A stretch of 57,842 nt of DNA, from positions 1-57,842 of the IMG/VR virus record IMGVR_UViG_3300038856_000076, one strand, 5' to 3'. Of this stretch, positions 1 to 9,221 are shown piece after piece. This stretch comes from a virus. Position numbers and translations under genes: made by a program. Below the pieces are notes generated by a model, which did no database searches, had not been told where the DNA came from, and saw only the letters and a list, made by a program, of their open reading frames with translations. Each line of letters opens with the position of its first letter. Within the stretch, counting starts at the first letter, position 1.

Positions 1-60
1 GGATATGATAAAAGGAGAAAAGGAAAAAGAAAAGTAAAATATAATAGTAGGGTAATAGAG
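1..60 (+). repeat. polypurine (A/G-only) tract at left window end
   Basis: Bases 1-60 are almost exclusively A/G on the + strand (aaaaggagaaaaggaaaaagaaaag...). A similar tract closes the window at 57760-57842. Confidence 0.5.
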
Positions 61-242
61 ACACCCACGGTTTTGTCCTTGCTTGCCAGAACTTGTTGCA
101 AGATATGGAGTTACAAAAGAAGACATGTCCTTTGTGGTCCTTGATTTTGACATTTCTGAGAAAATTGGGGTGGTCAATGATGCTTTGTCTTGTTATATTG
201 GATGAAATGGATCAAGATACTTGTTACAGTTAGGACAATCAA

Positions 243-3083
243 ATGCAAAACGTACCAGTACGTGAACAGATTCGCAGATTTCTCAATGCCGCCGCAGTTG
301 GCGATTTGCCAGCAGACTATAATTACCCAAATGGACCAAAGAGTGCCCCAGCAAACAATGCCGACATCTTACAGATGTACTCTCCCGATATGGAAGTACA
401 AGTCAACGTAGCAACTGGTCGAGGCACACCCGTCGAAGGCCGAAAGAATACTTGGGAGCAAGACGGACAAGAGTATTGGCACATTCGCTGTCCTAAAGGT
501 GCTATGGATAATCCGAATTGGCAGGATTATACATTACGATGGTCATTGGTTGAACATGCAGAAGCAATTGGCATGACAGGATGGGACTGGGCTAATCGTC
601 GCTCTCGTTGGGTTGCTTTTGACTTTGATGCTATTACCGGGCATGCACCGGGGGTTGGTGTGACTGATGAACGATTACAAGCAATTCGTGAAGCAGCCTT
701 CAACCTACCTTACGTTCAAGTGCGTAAATCAACACGCGGTGGTGGGTATCACTTATATGTATATTTTTGTGATTGGCAACAAGATGATGATGGCGGATAT
801 TGGCTAGGTGATGGTGTTGAGTGTCCAAATCATACTTTGCATCAAGCATTGGCTCGATGTATTTTATCCCGCATGTCACAAGAAGCAAATTTCTGTTTTG
901 CTTCTGCTATTGATGCGTGTGGTGGTAATATGTGGATTTGGCATCGTGATGCTAATAAAACCAATGAAGGTTTTACTATTGTCAAAGACAACACTTCTTT
1001 GTTCACTGCTGAACAACTCCCAACCAATTGGCAAGATCACGTTGACGTTGTGACTCGCCGTCGTACTAAGATCAAAATCCGTGGAGTCCCTGACTCAGAA
1101 GACGAAGATTTTGATACTTTGGCCAGTGGTCGAAATGTTATACCATTGGATGAGGTTCACAATCAAATAATTGAACGTTTAGGTGAAGCTGGATTCTCAA
1201 CAATTTGGGTGCCTGAATACAATCTGTTGCAGACACATACTTGTGCGTTTGCTCGATTGATGGAAGAGTATCCTGGCGAATATGTTGGCTTCTTTGATAC
1301 ACTTTCCGTAGGTGACAATCCAGGTGAACCAAACTGCTTTGCATTCCCATTATCAAATGGTGGGTGGAGAGTCACACGATTCTCAAAAGGTATCAGAGAA
1401 CATGATACATGGGAACAAGACGGTAAGTCATGGACTGGTTGCTACTTCAATACACGCCCTGATCTCGAAACAGCGGCACTTGCACAGGGTGGTGCAGAAA
1501 TTTCTAGTAACGGCGGATATCAATTCGATACTTTAGCATCCGCCAAGCGTACCGCAATGGCATTAGGTGCTGATCTTGGTTTACCTGATTCATGGGATGG
1601 GCGTTCAACGCGACTAAAGCGAAACAGTAATGGTCGGTTAGTTGTGATGGTTGAAAAATACAAAGGTGAAAAATCCCCTGGGAAAGGCTGGATTGAAAAG
1701 CGAGATTGGTGGGAGAAAGTATTCAAAGTCGAAACCGATCCTCGTGATATTCAAAATTCAGAGTACCCTGAATTTGATAATTTTGTTCGTGCTCTTGTCA
1801 CCCCTGGTGGTGAACATGCTGGTTGGGCTGTGAAAAAGTCAAACAAAGATGGATGGGATTTACAACCAACTGGCAACGTCAAGTTGATGCTCATGGGGCA
1901 CCCATTTAATGTTCCCAAGACAGAAGCTGAAGTCGTCATGGGTGGCGTCTTGAATCGACGCTGGGATTTGGTCAACATGCCTTTTCAACCAGAATTCCCT
2001 GGTGATCGACAATGGAATTTTCGTGCTCCCCAACTTCGCTATGTACCACAAAAGTTGGGCGACGATGAAGTTCCAAATCATCCATTCTGGGATCGTGTGT
2101 TAGATCATATTGGTTATGATCTCAATGAAGCCCTCGAAGATCATAAGTGGTCTACACGATATGGTATCAAGACCGGTCGGCAGTATCTACAACTCTGGAT
2201 CGCTTGTATGATCCGGGAGCCATTCGAGCCCTTGCCCTACCTGTTCCTTCACGGGCCAGAGAATAGCGGTAAGTCGATTCTGCACGAAGCTATCGGCAAG
2301 TTGATTACGGGCGGCATCGTCTACGCCGACAAGGCGTTGATGACAACGAGTGACTTCAATGGTGAATTATCAAATGCAGTTTTGGCAGTTGTGGAGGAAA
2401 CTGATGTAGCACAAGCAGGCGACAGGGCTCGTAATCGAATGAAAGATTGGGTCACCAGTGAGTTTCTATCAATTCGACGTATGCGCACCGATGCATATCT
2501 ACAAAAAAACACTCTCCATTTTATTCAAGCATCTAATTCTGAAGAGGCGTGTTTAGTCCAGTATGGTGATACTCGTACAACCATGTTACATGTTCGGGCA
2601 CTGCTTGGTGACGAAATCCCTAAGACAGTCTTGAAAAAGAATCTTGAAAAAGAGGCACCTGCTTTTATGACAACCATAATGGAAATGGATATCCCTCCTG
2701 TAGAAGGACGCTTACGAATCCCTTATATCACTACTGCCAGTAAAGCGAACATGGAGCACCAAAGCTTGAATTCTTTGATGCGTTTCATTGAAGAAAATAC
2801 TTACAACATCAATGGTGCGATGATTAAATTTGCTGATTTTTTCAAACGATTTCAAGATTGGTTGTCAGAAGATGAGCGAGGTTACTGGACAAATCGACGT
2901 GTGACTCGTTCATTACCAACTCGTATATATCCGACTGGTCAAGCTACTGGATCGGGTGAGACGCATGTAGGCAACATTGCTTGGGATACAAACGAAGAGG
3001 AAAGTGAACAATTAGTTTTGTCAGGTCGCAGATTACGAACTAAATCTGAAGCCCGTGAACGCGAAAGTAACAAAAAGGATTAA
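243..3083 (+). CDS. DNA primase-polymerase (AEP prim-pol domain) fused to D5-like SF3 helicase
   Basis: 946-aa ORF. The N-terminal half has AEP motifs (WVAFDFDAITGH, i.e. Asp-x-Asp; GGGYHLYVYF). The C-terminal half has a P-loop (LHGPENSGKS, Walker A) and a Walker B-like motif (AVLAVVEETD). An AGGA RBS lies ~9 nt upstream of the ATG. Confidence 0.8.
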   Translation: MQNVPVREQIRRFLNAAAVGDLPADYNYPNGPKSAPANNADILQMYSPDMEVQVNVATGRGTPVEGRKNTWEQDGQEYWHIRCPKGAMDNPNWQDYTLRWSLVEHAEAIGMTGWDWANRRSRWVAFDFDAITGHAPGVGVTDERLQAIREAAFNLPYVQVRKSTRGGGYHLYVYFCDWQQDDDGGYWLGDGVECPNHTLHQALARCILSRMSQEANFCFASAIDACGGNMWIWHRDANKTNEGFTIVKDNTSLFTAEQLPTNWQDHVDVVTRRRTKIKIRGVPDSEDEDFDTLASGRNVIPLDEVHNQIIERLGEAGFSTIWVPEYNLLQTHTCAFARLMEEYPGEYVGFFDTLSVGDNPGEPNCFAFPLSNGGWRVTRFSKGIREHDTWEQDGKSWTGCYFNTRPDLETAALAQGGAEISSNGGYQFDTLASAKRTAMALGADLGLPDSWDGRSTRLKRNSNGRLVVMVEKYKGEKSPGKGWIEKRDWWEKVFKVETDPRDIQNSEYPEFDNFVRALVTPGGEHAGWAVKKSNKDGWDLQPTGNVKLMLMGHPFNVPKTEAEVVMGGVLNRRWDLVNMPFQPEFPGDRQWNFRAPQLRYVPQKLGDDEVPNHPFWDRVLDHIGYDLNEALEDHKWSTRYGIKTGRQYLQLWIACMIREPFEPLPYLFLHGPENSGKSILHEAIGKLITGGIVYADKALMTTSDFNGELSNAVLAVVEETDVAQAGDRARNRMKDWVTSEFLSIRRMRTDAYLQKNTLHFIQASNSEEACLVQYGDTRTTMLHVRALLGDEIPKTVLKKNLEKEAPAFMTTIMEMDIPPVEGRLRIPYITTASKANMEHQSLNSLMRFIEENTYNINGAMIKFADFFKRFQDWLSEDERGYWTNRRVTRSLPTRIYPTGQATGSGETHVGNIAWDTNEEESEQLVLSGRRLRTKSEARERESNKKD

Positions 3084-3087
3084 ACCT

Positions 3088-3243
3088 ATGAATGAAGAAA
3101 GCTTCGATGATCGTTTGAGTAGGGGTTTTGCGATCATGTCGGGACGTAATCAAGATTTACGACCTGACATGGAATACCTCGATGAAGAGGAATCCAATGG
3201 CAGTGATTATGGTTTAGATGGAGGATATCTTGATGAAGAATGA
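3088..3243 (+). CDS. small acidic hypothetical protein
   Basis: ATG at 3088 lies 5 nt after the primase stop and follows AGGAT. The 51-aa product is D/E-rich. This is shorter than the track ORF at 3055, whose start overlaps the upstream gene. Confidence 0.3.
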   Translation: MNEESFDDRLSRGFAIMSGRNQDLRPDMEYLDEEESNGSDYGLDGGYLDEE

Positions 3244-3907
3244 TGTAGCCGAAGGCAACTTGGCTAGCACAGAGAAAGGTTCTGGCGCAAGACGGAATAG
3301 TGGAAAAGTCGATTTTTCACTTGTACCCTTCCATCTGCTGTCTGGTGTTGCCCGTGTCTTGATGAGTGGTGAGTTGAAGTACAATACTCACAATTGGGCC
3401 AAAGGTATGAAATTTTCATCAAGCTTTAGTTGCTTGATGCGTCATTTAATCAAGTGGTTCTATTGCAAGGAAGACCTTGATGCTGAGACTGGCGAGCATC
3501 ACTTGGATCATGCTATGTGTAATCTTTTATTCTTGAAGCACTACACACGCACCTATTCAGAGGGTGACGACCGGCCACAAGAGTTTACGGACTTCGCGGA
3601 TTGGCTTTCTGACATCAATACTCCATTTGATGCAGACGCATTTGTACATCGTAATCCATTTGTTCTTGGCGAAACCTGGAAACCTCTTCCAAACTTCGAT
3701 GGAATCTACGAAGTATCTGACAAAGGCCGTGTTCGGTCTATAGATCACCAAGGTATGTATGATGTGATTCAAGGACGTATCTTTACCACTGTGACTAATA
3801 GCAGCGGTCAAGAGTTGGTTGCATTATATACCGAGGCAGATGGTTTTGAATCTTTCATAGTTACTGACCTTGTAAAATTGGCTTTTGGAAATGAACAATC
3901 AACCTAG
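3218..3907 (+). CDS. dATP/dGTP-diphosphohydrolase-N-like (DUF5664-like) domain fused to a NUMOD4-like C-terminal module
   Basis: The N-terminal segment (VDFSLVPFHLLSGVARVLMSGELKYNTHNWAKGMKF...EHHLDHAMCNLLFLKHY) resembles the phage dGTP_diPhyd_N family. The C-terminus (WKPLPNFDGIYEVSDKGRVRSI) is a NUMOD4-type motif. An alternative start lies at 3233. Confidence 0.5.
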   Translation: MEDILMKNDVAEGNLASTEKGSGARRNSGKVDFSLVPFHLLSGVARVLMSGELKYNTHNWAKGMKFSSSFSCLMRHLIKWFYCKEDLDAETGEHHLDHAMCNLLFLKHYTRTYSEGDDRPQEFTDFADWLSDINTPFDADAFVHRNPFVLGETWKPLPNFDGIYEVSDKGRVRSIDHQGMYDVIQGRIFTTVTNSSGQELVALYTEADGFESFIVTDLVKLAFGNEQST

Positions 3908-4139
3908 TCCTATCGAGTCAGAAGCTACGGTTCGTCTTGTATCAGGTGCAGTTTGGAATTTTGTCAATCATCTGGCAAGTCGTGGACAACCTTTGATCGT
4001 TGGTGCTGCATATTCTCGTGAGAGGTTAGAAGCTGAATTTCAAAATTGGGCTGCCGAGCATAAATTAAGACTCGATAATGTCGATGTCAAACTCTGGTTA
4101 AATCTCTCAGACACAGGAGCACTCGACTATGCCACATAG
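3885..4139 (+). CDS. hypothetical protein
   Basis: 84-aa ORF in the operon frame pattern. It overlaps both the upstream and downstream genes. Confidence 0.3.
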   Translation: MEMNNQPSPIESEATVRLVSGAVWNFVNHLASRGQPLIVGAAYSRERLEAEFQNWAAEHKLRLDNVDVKLWLNLSDTGALDYAT

Positions 4140-4743
4140 CGGCTTTGTTCATTTGAATGGAAATATTTTAGCGGCCGTCGATGTCGAGACAACTGGCCGT
4201 ATTCCTGGTTTCCATGAGATTATTCAGATTGGTATTCAACCATTAGATTCCGATTTGAATCCATCAAAGGAAGCATCCTCTTTTGATTATATGATCAAAC
4301 CAGAACACCCAGAGCGTGTTGAGAAAAAAGCAACATCTGTTCATCGGTTAAATATCGATCATTTATTGTTGCACGCTCCCGATAAATGGAAAGTGGCTGA
4401 TCTATTAGATGAATGGTGGAGTCGGTTAGATTTACCTTTTCAAAAGACGCTTGTTCCTCTGGCTCAAAATTGGCAATATGAGGCAGGCTTCCTAAAGGCG
4501 TGGTTGGGTCTGGAATCTTTTAGTCAATTCTTCCACCCCTTTGCCCGAGACACGATGCTGACGGCATTATTCATCAATGATCGAGCTTACAAGCAGGGTA
4601 TGACAATGCCATTTAATCAAGTCAGTCTGCCTTATTTGTGTCATGTTTTTAATATTGTAAATGACAATCCGCACAATGCGTTGGCGGACGCACGTGCGGA
4701 AGCGGCTGTTTACAAAGCAATGTTAAATATGCACATCGAATAA
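4129..4743 (+). CDS. DnaQ-like DEDDh 3'-5' exonuclease
   Basis: Exo I motif AAVDVETTG near the N-terminus and Exo III motif HNALADARA near the C-terminus. Length is 204 aa. Confidence 0.65.
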   Translation: MPHSGFVHLNGNILAAVDVETTGRIPGFHEIIQIGIQPLDSDLNPSKEASSFDYMIKPEHPERVEKKATSVHRLNIDHLLLHAPDKWKVADLLDEWWSRLDLPFQKTLVPLAQNWQYEAGFLKAWLGLESFSQFFHPFARDTMLTALFINDRAYKQGMTMPFNQVSLPYLCHVFNIVNDNPHNALADARAEAAVYKAMLNMHIE

Positions 4744-5289
4744 TTACTCAGATCGTTTGACCGGGCAGTCTTCACACATCTTCAAGACTACAAGCTGACC
4801 ATTAAACTCACTATCTTTTGATGTGCAGAGTGAGTTGATCTGAATGCAGCCACAATTTTCAACTGTGTTGATCATCTTTCGGTCTAAGCACTTTGGCCAT
4901 TTTGGTATGAAGACCCATGCATTTGGATCACGTGGATTGGCACTCTTTGGCTCATAACCATCAGGACATTTAGGCGGCTCCCAACCAGTCTTGGGATAGA
5001 TCATGGTACCATCCCGTAGAATCTTTGGCTGCTGAAAATCGCGTCTGGCTACCATCCGCTCGTTATTACTGATTGATCGAAAATCCTGTTCAATCCTTAA
5101 TGGACATTCGGCACAATCTTCAGGCGATACATCTTGACCATGCTGAGAACATGATAAATGGGCACAACGATGAATCTCACCTTTGCTCCCATCTTTATTG
5201 TACAGATCAATGGTCCGACGTTTGATACATGGTAGCCAATCCATATCAATCCTCCAAGGAAGCCCCATAGCCAATGGCACTACCACCAA
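4744..5289 (-). CDS. Cys-rich hypothetical protein (late operon, distal end)
   Basis: 181-aa ORF with many Cys pairs (CAECP, CPDGYEP, CGC, CEDCP). It is convergent with the exonuclease gene with no spacer. Alternative starts at 5268 or 5244 would remove the overlap with the upstream gene. Confidence 0.4.
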   Translation of the reverse strand: MVVVPLAMGLPWRIDMDWLPCIKRRTIDLYNKDGSKGEIHRCAHLSCSQHGQDVSPEDCAECPLRIEQDFRSISNNERMVARRDFQQPKILRDGTMIYPKTGWEPPKCPDGYEPKSANPRDPNAWVFIPKWPKCLDRKMINTVENCGCIQINSLCTSKDSEFNGQLVVLKMCEDCPVKRSE

Positions 5290-5806
5290 TATTCTTTAGT
5301 ATGAATGCAGTGGAGAAATCTGTCAAGGCTGTTTTGTAAACTTTGACGCCATAGCGACGTAATTGTTTCCCTGTCACTTGTGTTAGTTTCTTCTGAACTT
5401 CGTCACTCACATTTGTTTGTATGTACTCTAAGTCATGAGATGTAATAATCTCCGTGATTGCTACCATTGTGATATCATTGATGGTATCATTAACATCCCA
5501 GTTTCGACTGAGAGTAGCGACGATATCCTTGATAGCATAAATAACAACACCACCCACCACCACCTGATGTCCGTCCTTTGTCAACAGTGATTGTGATGGT
5601 AGGTTGTGTGTTTGTCTTGCGACAGGGATGATTTCGACTTCCGTGACGATAGGCCAGAATATATGAACGCCGGGACGCATTGCCACAGCGGTTTTCCCAT
5701 GTCTAAATCGAACACCCGCATGGGTAGATCGAACAATTCGGACACGCGGAACAAAACTAGCCAACCATTCCATAAGTTGGCTGACCCAAGCAAATGCACT
5801 TTCCAT
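5246..5806 (-). CDS. hypothetical structural protein
   Basis: 186-aa ORF immediately downstream of the 994-aa fibre-like gene. Confidence 0.4.
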   Translation of the reverse strand: MESAFAWVSQLMEWLASFVPRVRIVRSTHAGVRFRHGKTAVAMRPGVHIFWPIVTEVEIIPVARQTHNLPSQSLLTKDGHQVVVGGVVIYAIKDIVATLSRNWDVNDTINDITMVAITEIITSHDLEYIQTNVSDEVQKKLTQVTGKQLRRYGVKVYKTALTDFSTAFILKNIGGSAIGYGASLED

Positions 5807-5818
5807 TAAGTTTCCTTG

Positions 5819-8803
5819 TCAGGGGGTGAACGCAGGATCAGGATTCGTTGGGGCGTCTCCTGAATAAGCTGTCATCTCTTGTTCTTCTGTTGGGACGGTG
5901 ACACACGCTAATCCTGTTTCAGAGTCAATCTGAGTTATACTTGAAGGATTCACGGTACTAGCAACATATGGGTATTCATTACCAACTACAGCTTGTTTCG
6001 CACTACTAATATCAAGGGTTAATTGAACCATTGCATCTCTGAATTCTCTTGCTGCCGCATGAGCATTAAAGGTATAAAACTCTTTTACGGTTTCATTGAA
6101 ACCAATAATTTGTCCAACTTCTGGGCTTGCACCACCTGTAACATTGGTCACAACAATCCATTGTAATTCGGCCACCCATTCACAATTTCCAGGCTCGCCG
6201 CCATTGTCAGGTAACTCTTCTTTTGCGTTAGATACATCGTCGTCTCGGTCATCATTTAGACCACCAGCATCACCAGCAGAAGCTGCTTGGCTACGCGCTT
6301 GTTGGGCTTCTTGAAACGCCTGATCGGCTCTATTTAGTGCCTCTCGGGCTTGGGCACAACAATCACTTGGGTACCCAAAGGTGTCACCAATCGGGTCTAC
6401 ACCACCACTGATTTCACCTGCTTGATCTGTTGAAGCATCTGGTACTGGCTTTTGATCATTGATGTCCGATGGGCGTAAATCACCAAAATCAGGGCGACAG
6501 GTTGGAAAGCTTTCATTTGACAAAAAGTCGAAATTTGTGCATCCATTGAATTGAAAACCCTGAATTAAGTTCGGATTTACGTTTGAAAGTGGGTGTGCAT
6601 CGGGCGCAATTGTGCTGAAATTTGGACCAGTACCCCCGCCTGCAAAACCAGCCGCACGTTCGTCTAATGTCGGGAAGAAAGTCTCTTGTGCGATCCCCGC
6701 AGGATATGCGAAGATATACGGTATCTTTTCACCTGATCGAACAGGAGTCCATAGCTCAAAGACCATGTTGTGGTCATTAGAATCATAGTCACCCTTTTCA
6801 ACAATCGCTTGGATTGTGCCTGCGGCTACATCAGGCAGCGTCAAATCGACTGTGTCAAATACTTCTAATTTCAACTTGGTAATTGGTGTATTGAATCTGA
6901 CTTTACGCCATGTATTAGATTTACGGATCAACCAAAATGTGGCCGACTTCCGCACCAACTCAAGGATATTGTAGATGTAGAAGTTGTAGGTTTCTTCTTG
7001 AGTACCATACTTCGACACATTGTGTCGTAGAATCAATCGATTCGGGTCATCAATCGCATAGTCTTTTTTCCATTCCGCAGTATACTTTGTTACCAACTCT
7101 TCTGTTGATGTGTGAGTCACTTGCATCGTGTTTTGAAGAACATCAGACTCTCCGATAGTATCAGTGGCGGTCGCTGTAGCGGGTAGGTATTTCAGGTAGA
7201 AGACATCATCACTCAACCAAATAGCACATCGTGATTGGAACGCGATTTCTTGCAAGACATCAATGATGTTCTTACGTACCAGTAGCGGGAAGTGTGATGG
7301 ATAGGGTTCAATCTGTGTCTTCACAGCATCAAAGGATGTCGAATCCACAGTTAAATCAGTGTAAATATCAATGAACCATTCAAGGATATCGACAGTATTT
7401 GGCCCTACGGTACTGGTCAGAGTTACATAGATATCGTCCTCCCACCCCTGTTCACGTGTGCTTAAAGGCTCCTCAAAGACGATCTCCATTACTTGATAAC
7501 TGTTGTAATCTGTCTGTCGAACAGTATAGAATGACTCTGGCACCGTCAATAATTTACGGCCACTATCAACATTACGAAATGCAGCTACACGCAGGATCGT
7601 CGAAGGTAGGATATTGGCGATGTAAATGATTTCTTGGTCATCATCAAGTGTCACAGTGGCACCTGGATTCGCCCAGAAGAACCCAGCCGGTTCGATTGCA
7701 TTGTAAATATCCCATGTCCGCTTGGAATCTAATGCAAATAATGTTTGACTTGAACCAAATGCACCATTTGTCAATCCACCTGTTAGATCATTATCGGTAC
7801 CACATTCACTCTCAACAGTCTGCACAGGGGGTGGAATGATCAGTTTACCGTTACTTCCAAGTTTTGGATGTTGTCGGCTTGTGACTGTGAAAATTTCTCC
7901 TGCAAAGGACCCGGTAAATTTTCCACCATCAATGTCTAATGTGATTTCGACACCTTGCGGAAATTGATCACCACCAAAGACTTTGAAGGTTGAAAATTCA
8001 AAATCACTTTGCTCATCAATCTGTAATTCAGCAGTTTCGATTGCTTCACAACGAGATTTCTGACAATTAGCATCTATGGCATAACTAGGTTTGATAGATA
8101 CTTGACCGGCTCCCCAGCCAAGGGTACCGCTGGTCTGGGTCACTTTGAAACCAACAAAATTTAGAGGGCACACAATATTTTGGGCGGCTGTAAGTTGCTT
8201 TGAGAGTTGAAAGTCTTTGATACCTACACCGGTTGCCAATGTACCTTGCCGTACAGACTTAGCTTGAAGGGCAGGCACATTGATACAAGTGCCAAAGCAG
8301 AGTGGCCACGGCTTACCTAGTAGATTTTCAGGTGGGTTTGGGAAGTCACCCTCTTCAATTGAGAAACCAACTTCGGTATCTTCTAGTTTGTTGATCACAT
8401 CAAACGTGATTGTGCGCGCACCTTCATCCCACGTGATTGGACTACTGATTTGGCCCTTAAAGATCAGGAATTTTTCACTAACATCAATACCATCGAACCA
8501 CTGGTAGACCCAACAAGGACGCTTATGGATGTCGTAACAGTCCATCGTTTCTTTGATTGTGCCATCAGTATCATCGAGGGTGATGGTGATTTGTTGAGAT
8601 TGTGACCCACCTAAGATGTTGATCACATTATCGAGACCGCTTACATCCAGAACCTTACCTTTGATTCCTGGTTCGATGTCGCGGTCGGAGTAAGAAACAC
8701 GTTGCCCATTTGGCACCCATTGAACTTCAATGATGTTGATGGGCTCAGTGCCATATTGTGTGGCCAGCTTTGCTAATGAAGCAGCCGAGATGTTTCGTGC
8801 CAT
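5819..8803 (-). CDS. large tail fibre / host-specificity-like structural protein
   Basis: 994-aa ORF at the distal end of the tail gene block, with a G/T/S/N-rich beta-rich composition. The role is assigned from position and composition only. Confidence 0.5.
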   Translation of the reverse strand: MARNISAASLAKLATQYGTEPINIIEVQWVPNGQRVSYSDRDIEPGIKGKVLDVSGLDNVINILGGSQSQQITITLDDTDGTIKETMDCYDIHKRPCWVYQWFDGIDVSEKFLIFKGQISSPITWDEGARTITFDVINKLEDTEVGFSIEEGDFPNPPENLLGKPWPLCFGTCINVPALQAKSVRQGTLATGVGIKDFQLSKQLTAAQNIVCPLNFVGFKVTQTSGTLGWGAGQVSIKPSYAIDANCQKSRCEAIETAELQIDEQSDFEFSTFKVFGGDQFPQGVEITLDIDGGKFTGSFAGEIFTVTSRQHPKLGSNGKLIIPPPVQTVESECGTDNDLTGGLTNGAFGSSQTLFALDSKRTWDIYNAIEPAGFFWANPGATVTLDDDQEIIYIANILPSTILRVAAFRNVDSGRKLLTVPESFYTVRQTDYNSYQVMEIVFEEPLSTREQGWEDDIYVTLTSTVGPNTVDILEWFIDIYTDLTVDSTSFDAVKTQIEPYPSHFPLLVRKNIIDVLQEIAFQSRCAIWLSDDVFYLKYLPATATATDTIGESDVLQNTMQVTHTSTEELVTKYTAEWKKDYAIDDPNRLILRHNVSKYGTQEETYNFYIYNILELVRKSATFWLIRKSNTWRKVRFNTPITKLKLEVFDTVDLTLPDVAAGTIQAIVEKGDYDSNDHNMVFELWTPVRSGEKIPYIFAYPAGIAQETFFPTLDERAAGFAGGGTGPNFSTIAPDAHPLSNVNPNLIQGFQFNGCTNFDFLSNESFPTCRPDFGDLRPSDINDQKPVPDASTDQAGEISGGVDPIGDTFGYPSDCCAQAREALNRADQAFQEAQQARSQAASAGDAGGLNDDRDDDVSNAKEELPDNGGEPGNCEWVAELQWIVVTNVTGGASPEVGQIIGFNETVKEFYTFNAHAAAREFRDAMVQLTLDISSAKQAVVGNEYPYVASTVNPSSITQIDSETGLACVTVPTEEQEMTAYSGDAPTNPDPAFTP

Positions 8804-8810
8804 TTTTCAC

Positions 8811-9221
8811 CTAGCATGTTGTGGACGGTCCAGCACTTTCAAGTGTGCCTTCGAGTTCAAGTGTAATCTCCTGGTATTCATTACCTGGACTATTCTTAGC
8901 TCGTCCCAACCCAGAGAATTCAAATGGGTTGCTGACAAACTTCATTCTCCAAACCTCTCCCTTGTGGTTTGTCACGAGAATTGTGGCCCGGTAATAGGCA
9001 TAGATGAAGGCTCTCAATTCAAGAGCCTTTAAGCGTGTCAATCGGAATAAATACTGTAGCTTTCGTCGTTGGTTTTTCTTAACATACGAGTATTTTGTCC
9101 CATCAATAGCTCGTTGAATTTCAACAGTGCTGCGTGGGGATTCTTGGTCAGAGAATTTGGGACTGGGAAGTATAGTGGTAGTTTCAATCAACGGATGGGG
9201 CGCTTGTAAAATTACGTTCAT
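8811..9221 (-). CDS. hypothetical tail-associated protein
   Basis: 136-aa ORF. Its stop overlaps the start of the upstream gene (9218-9221). Confidence 0.35.
   Translation of the reverse strand: MNVILQAPHPLIETTTILPSPKFSDQESPRSTVEIQRAIDGTKYSYVKKNQRRKLQYLFRLTRLKALELRAFIYAYYRATILVTNHKGEVWRMKFVSNPFEFSGLGRAKNSPGNEYQEITLELEGTLESAGPSTTC

Noticed and set aside
190-411. 73-aa ORF overlapping the primase-helicase start
   Set aside because: It overlaps the strongly supported 946-aa gene in another frame, with no RBS. It is likely spurious.
3218-3907. Z-genome (2-aminoadenine) pathway suggested by the dATP/dGTP-diphosphohydrolase-like domain
   Set aside because: No PurZ-like adenylosuccinate-synthetase homolog (~340 aa with GDEGKGK P-loop) or HD-domain DatZ is present anywhere in the window.
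5246-5806. Possible SPFH/band-7 relationship of the 186-aa late protein
   Set aside because: Only a vague compositional resemblance. No conserved SPFH motifs could be pinned down by eye.
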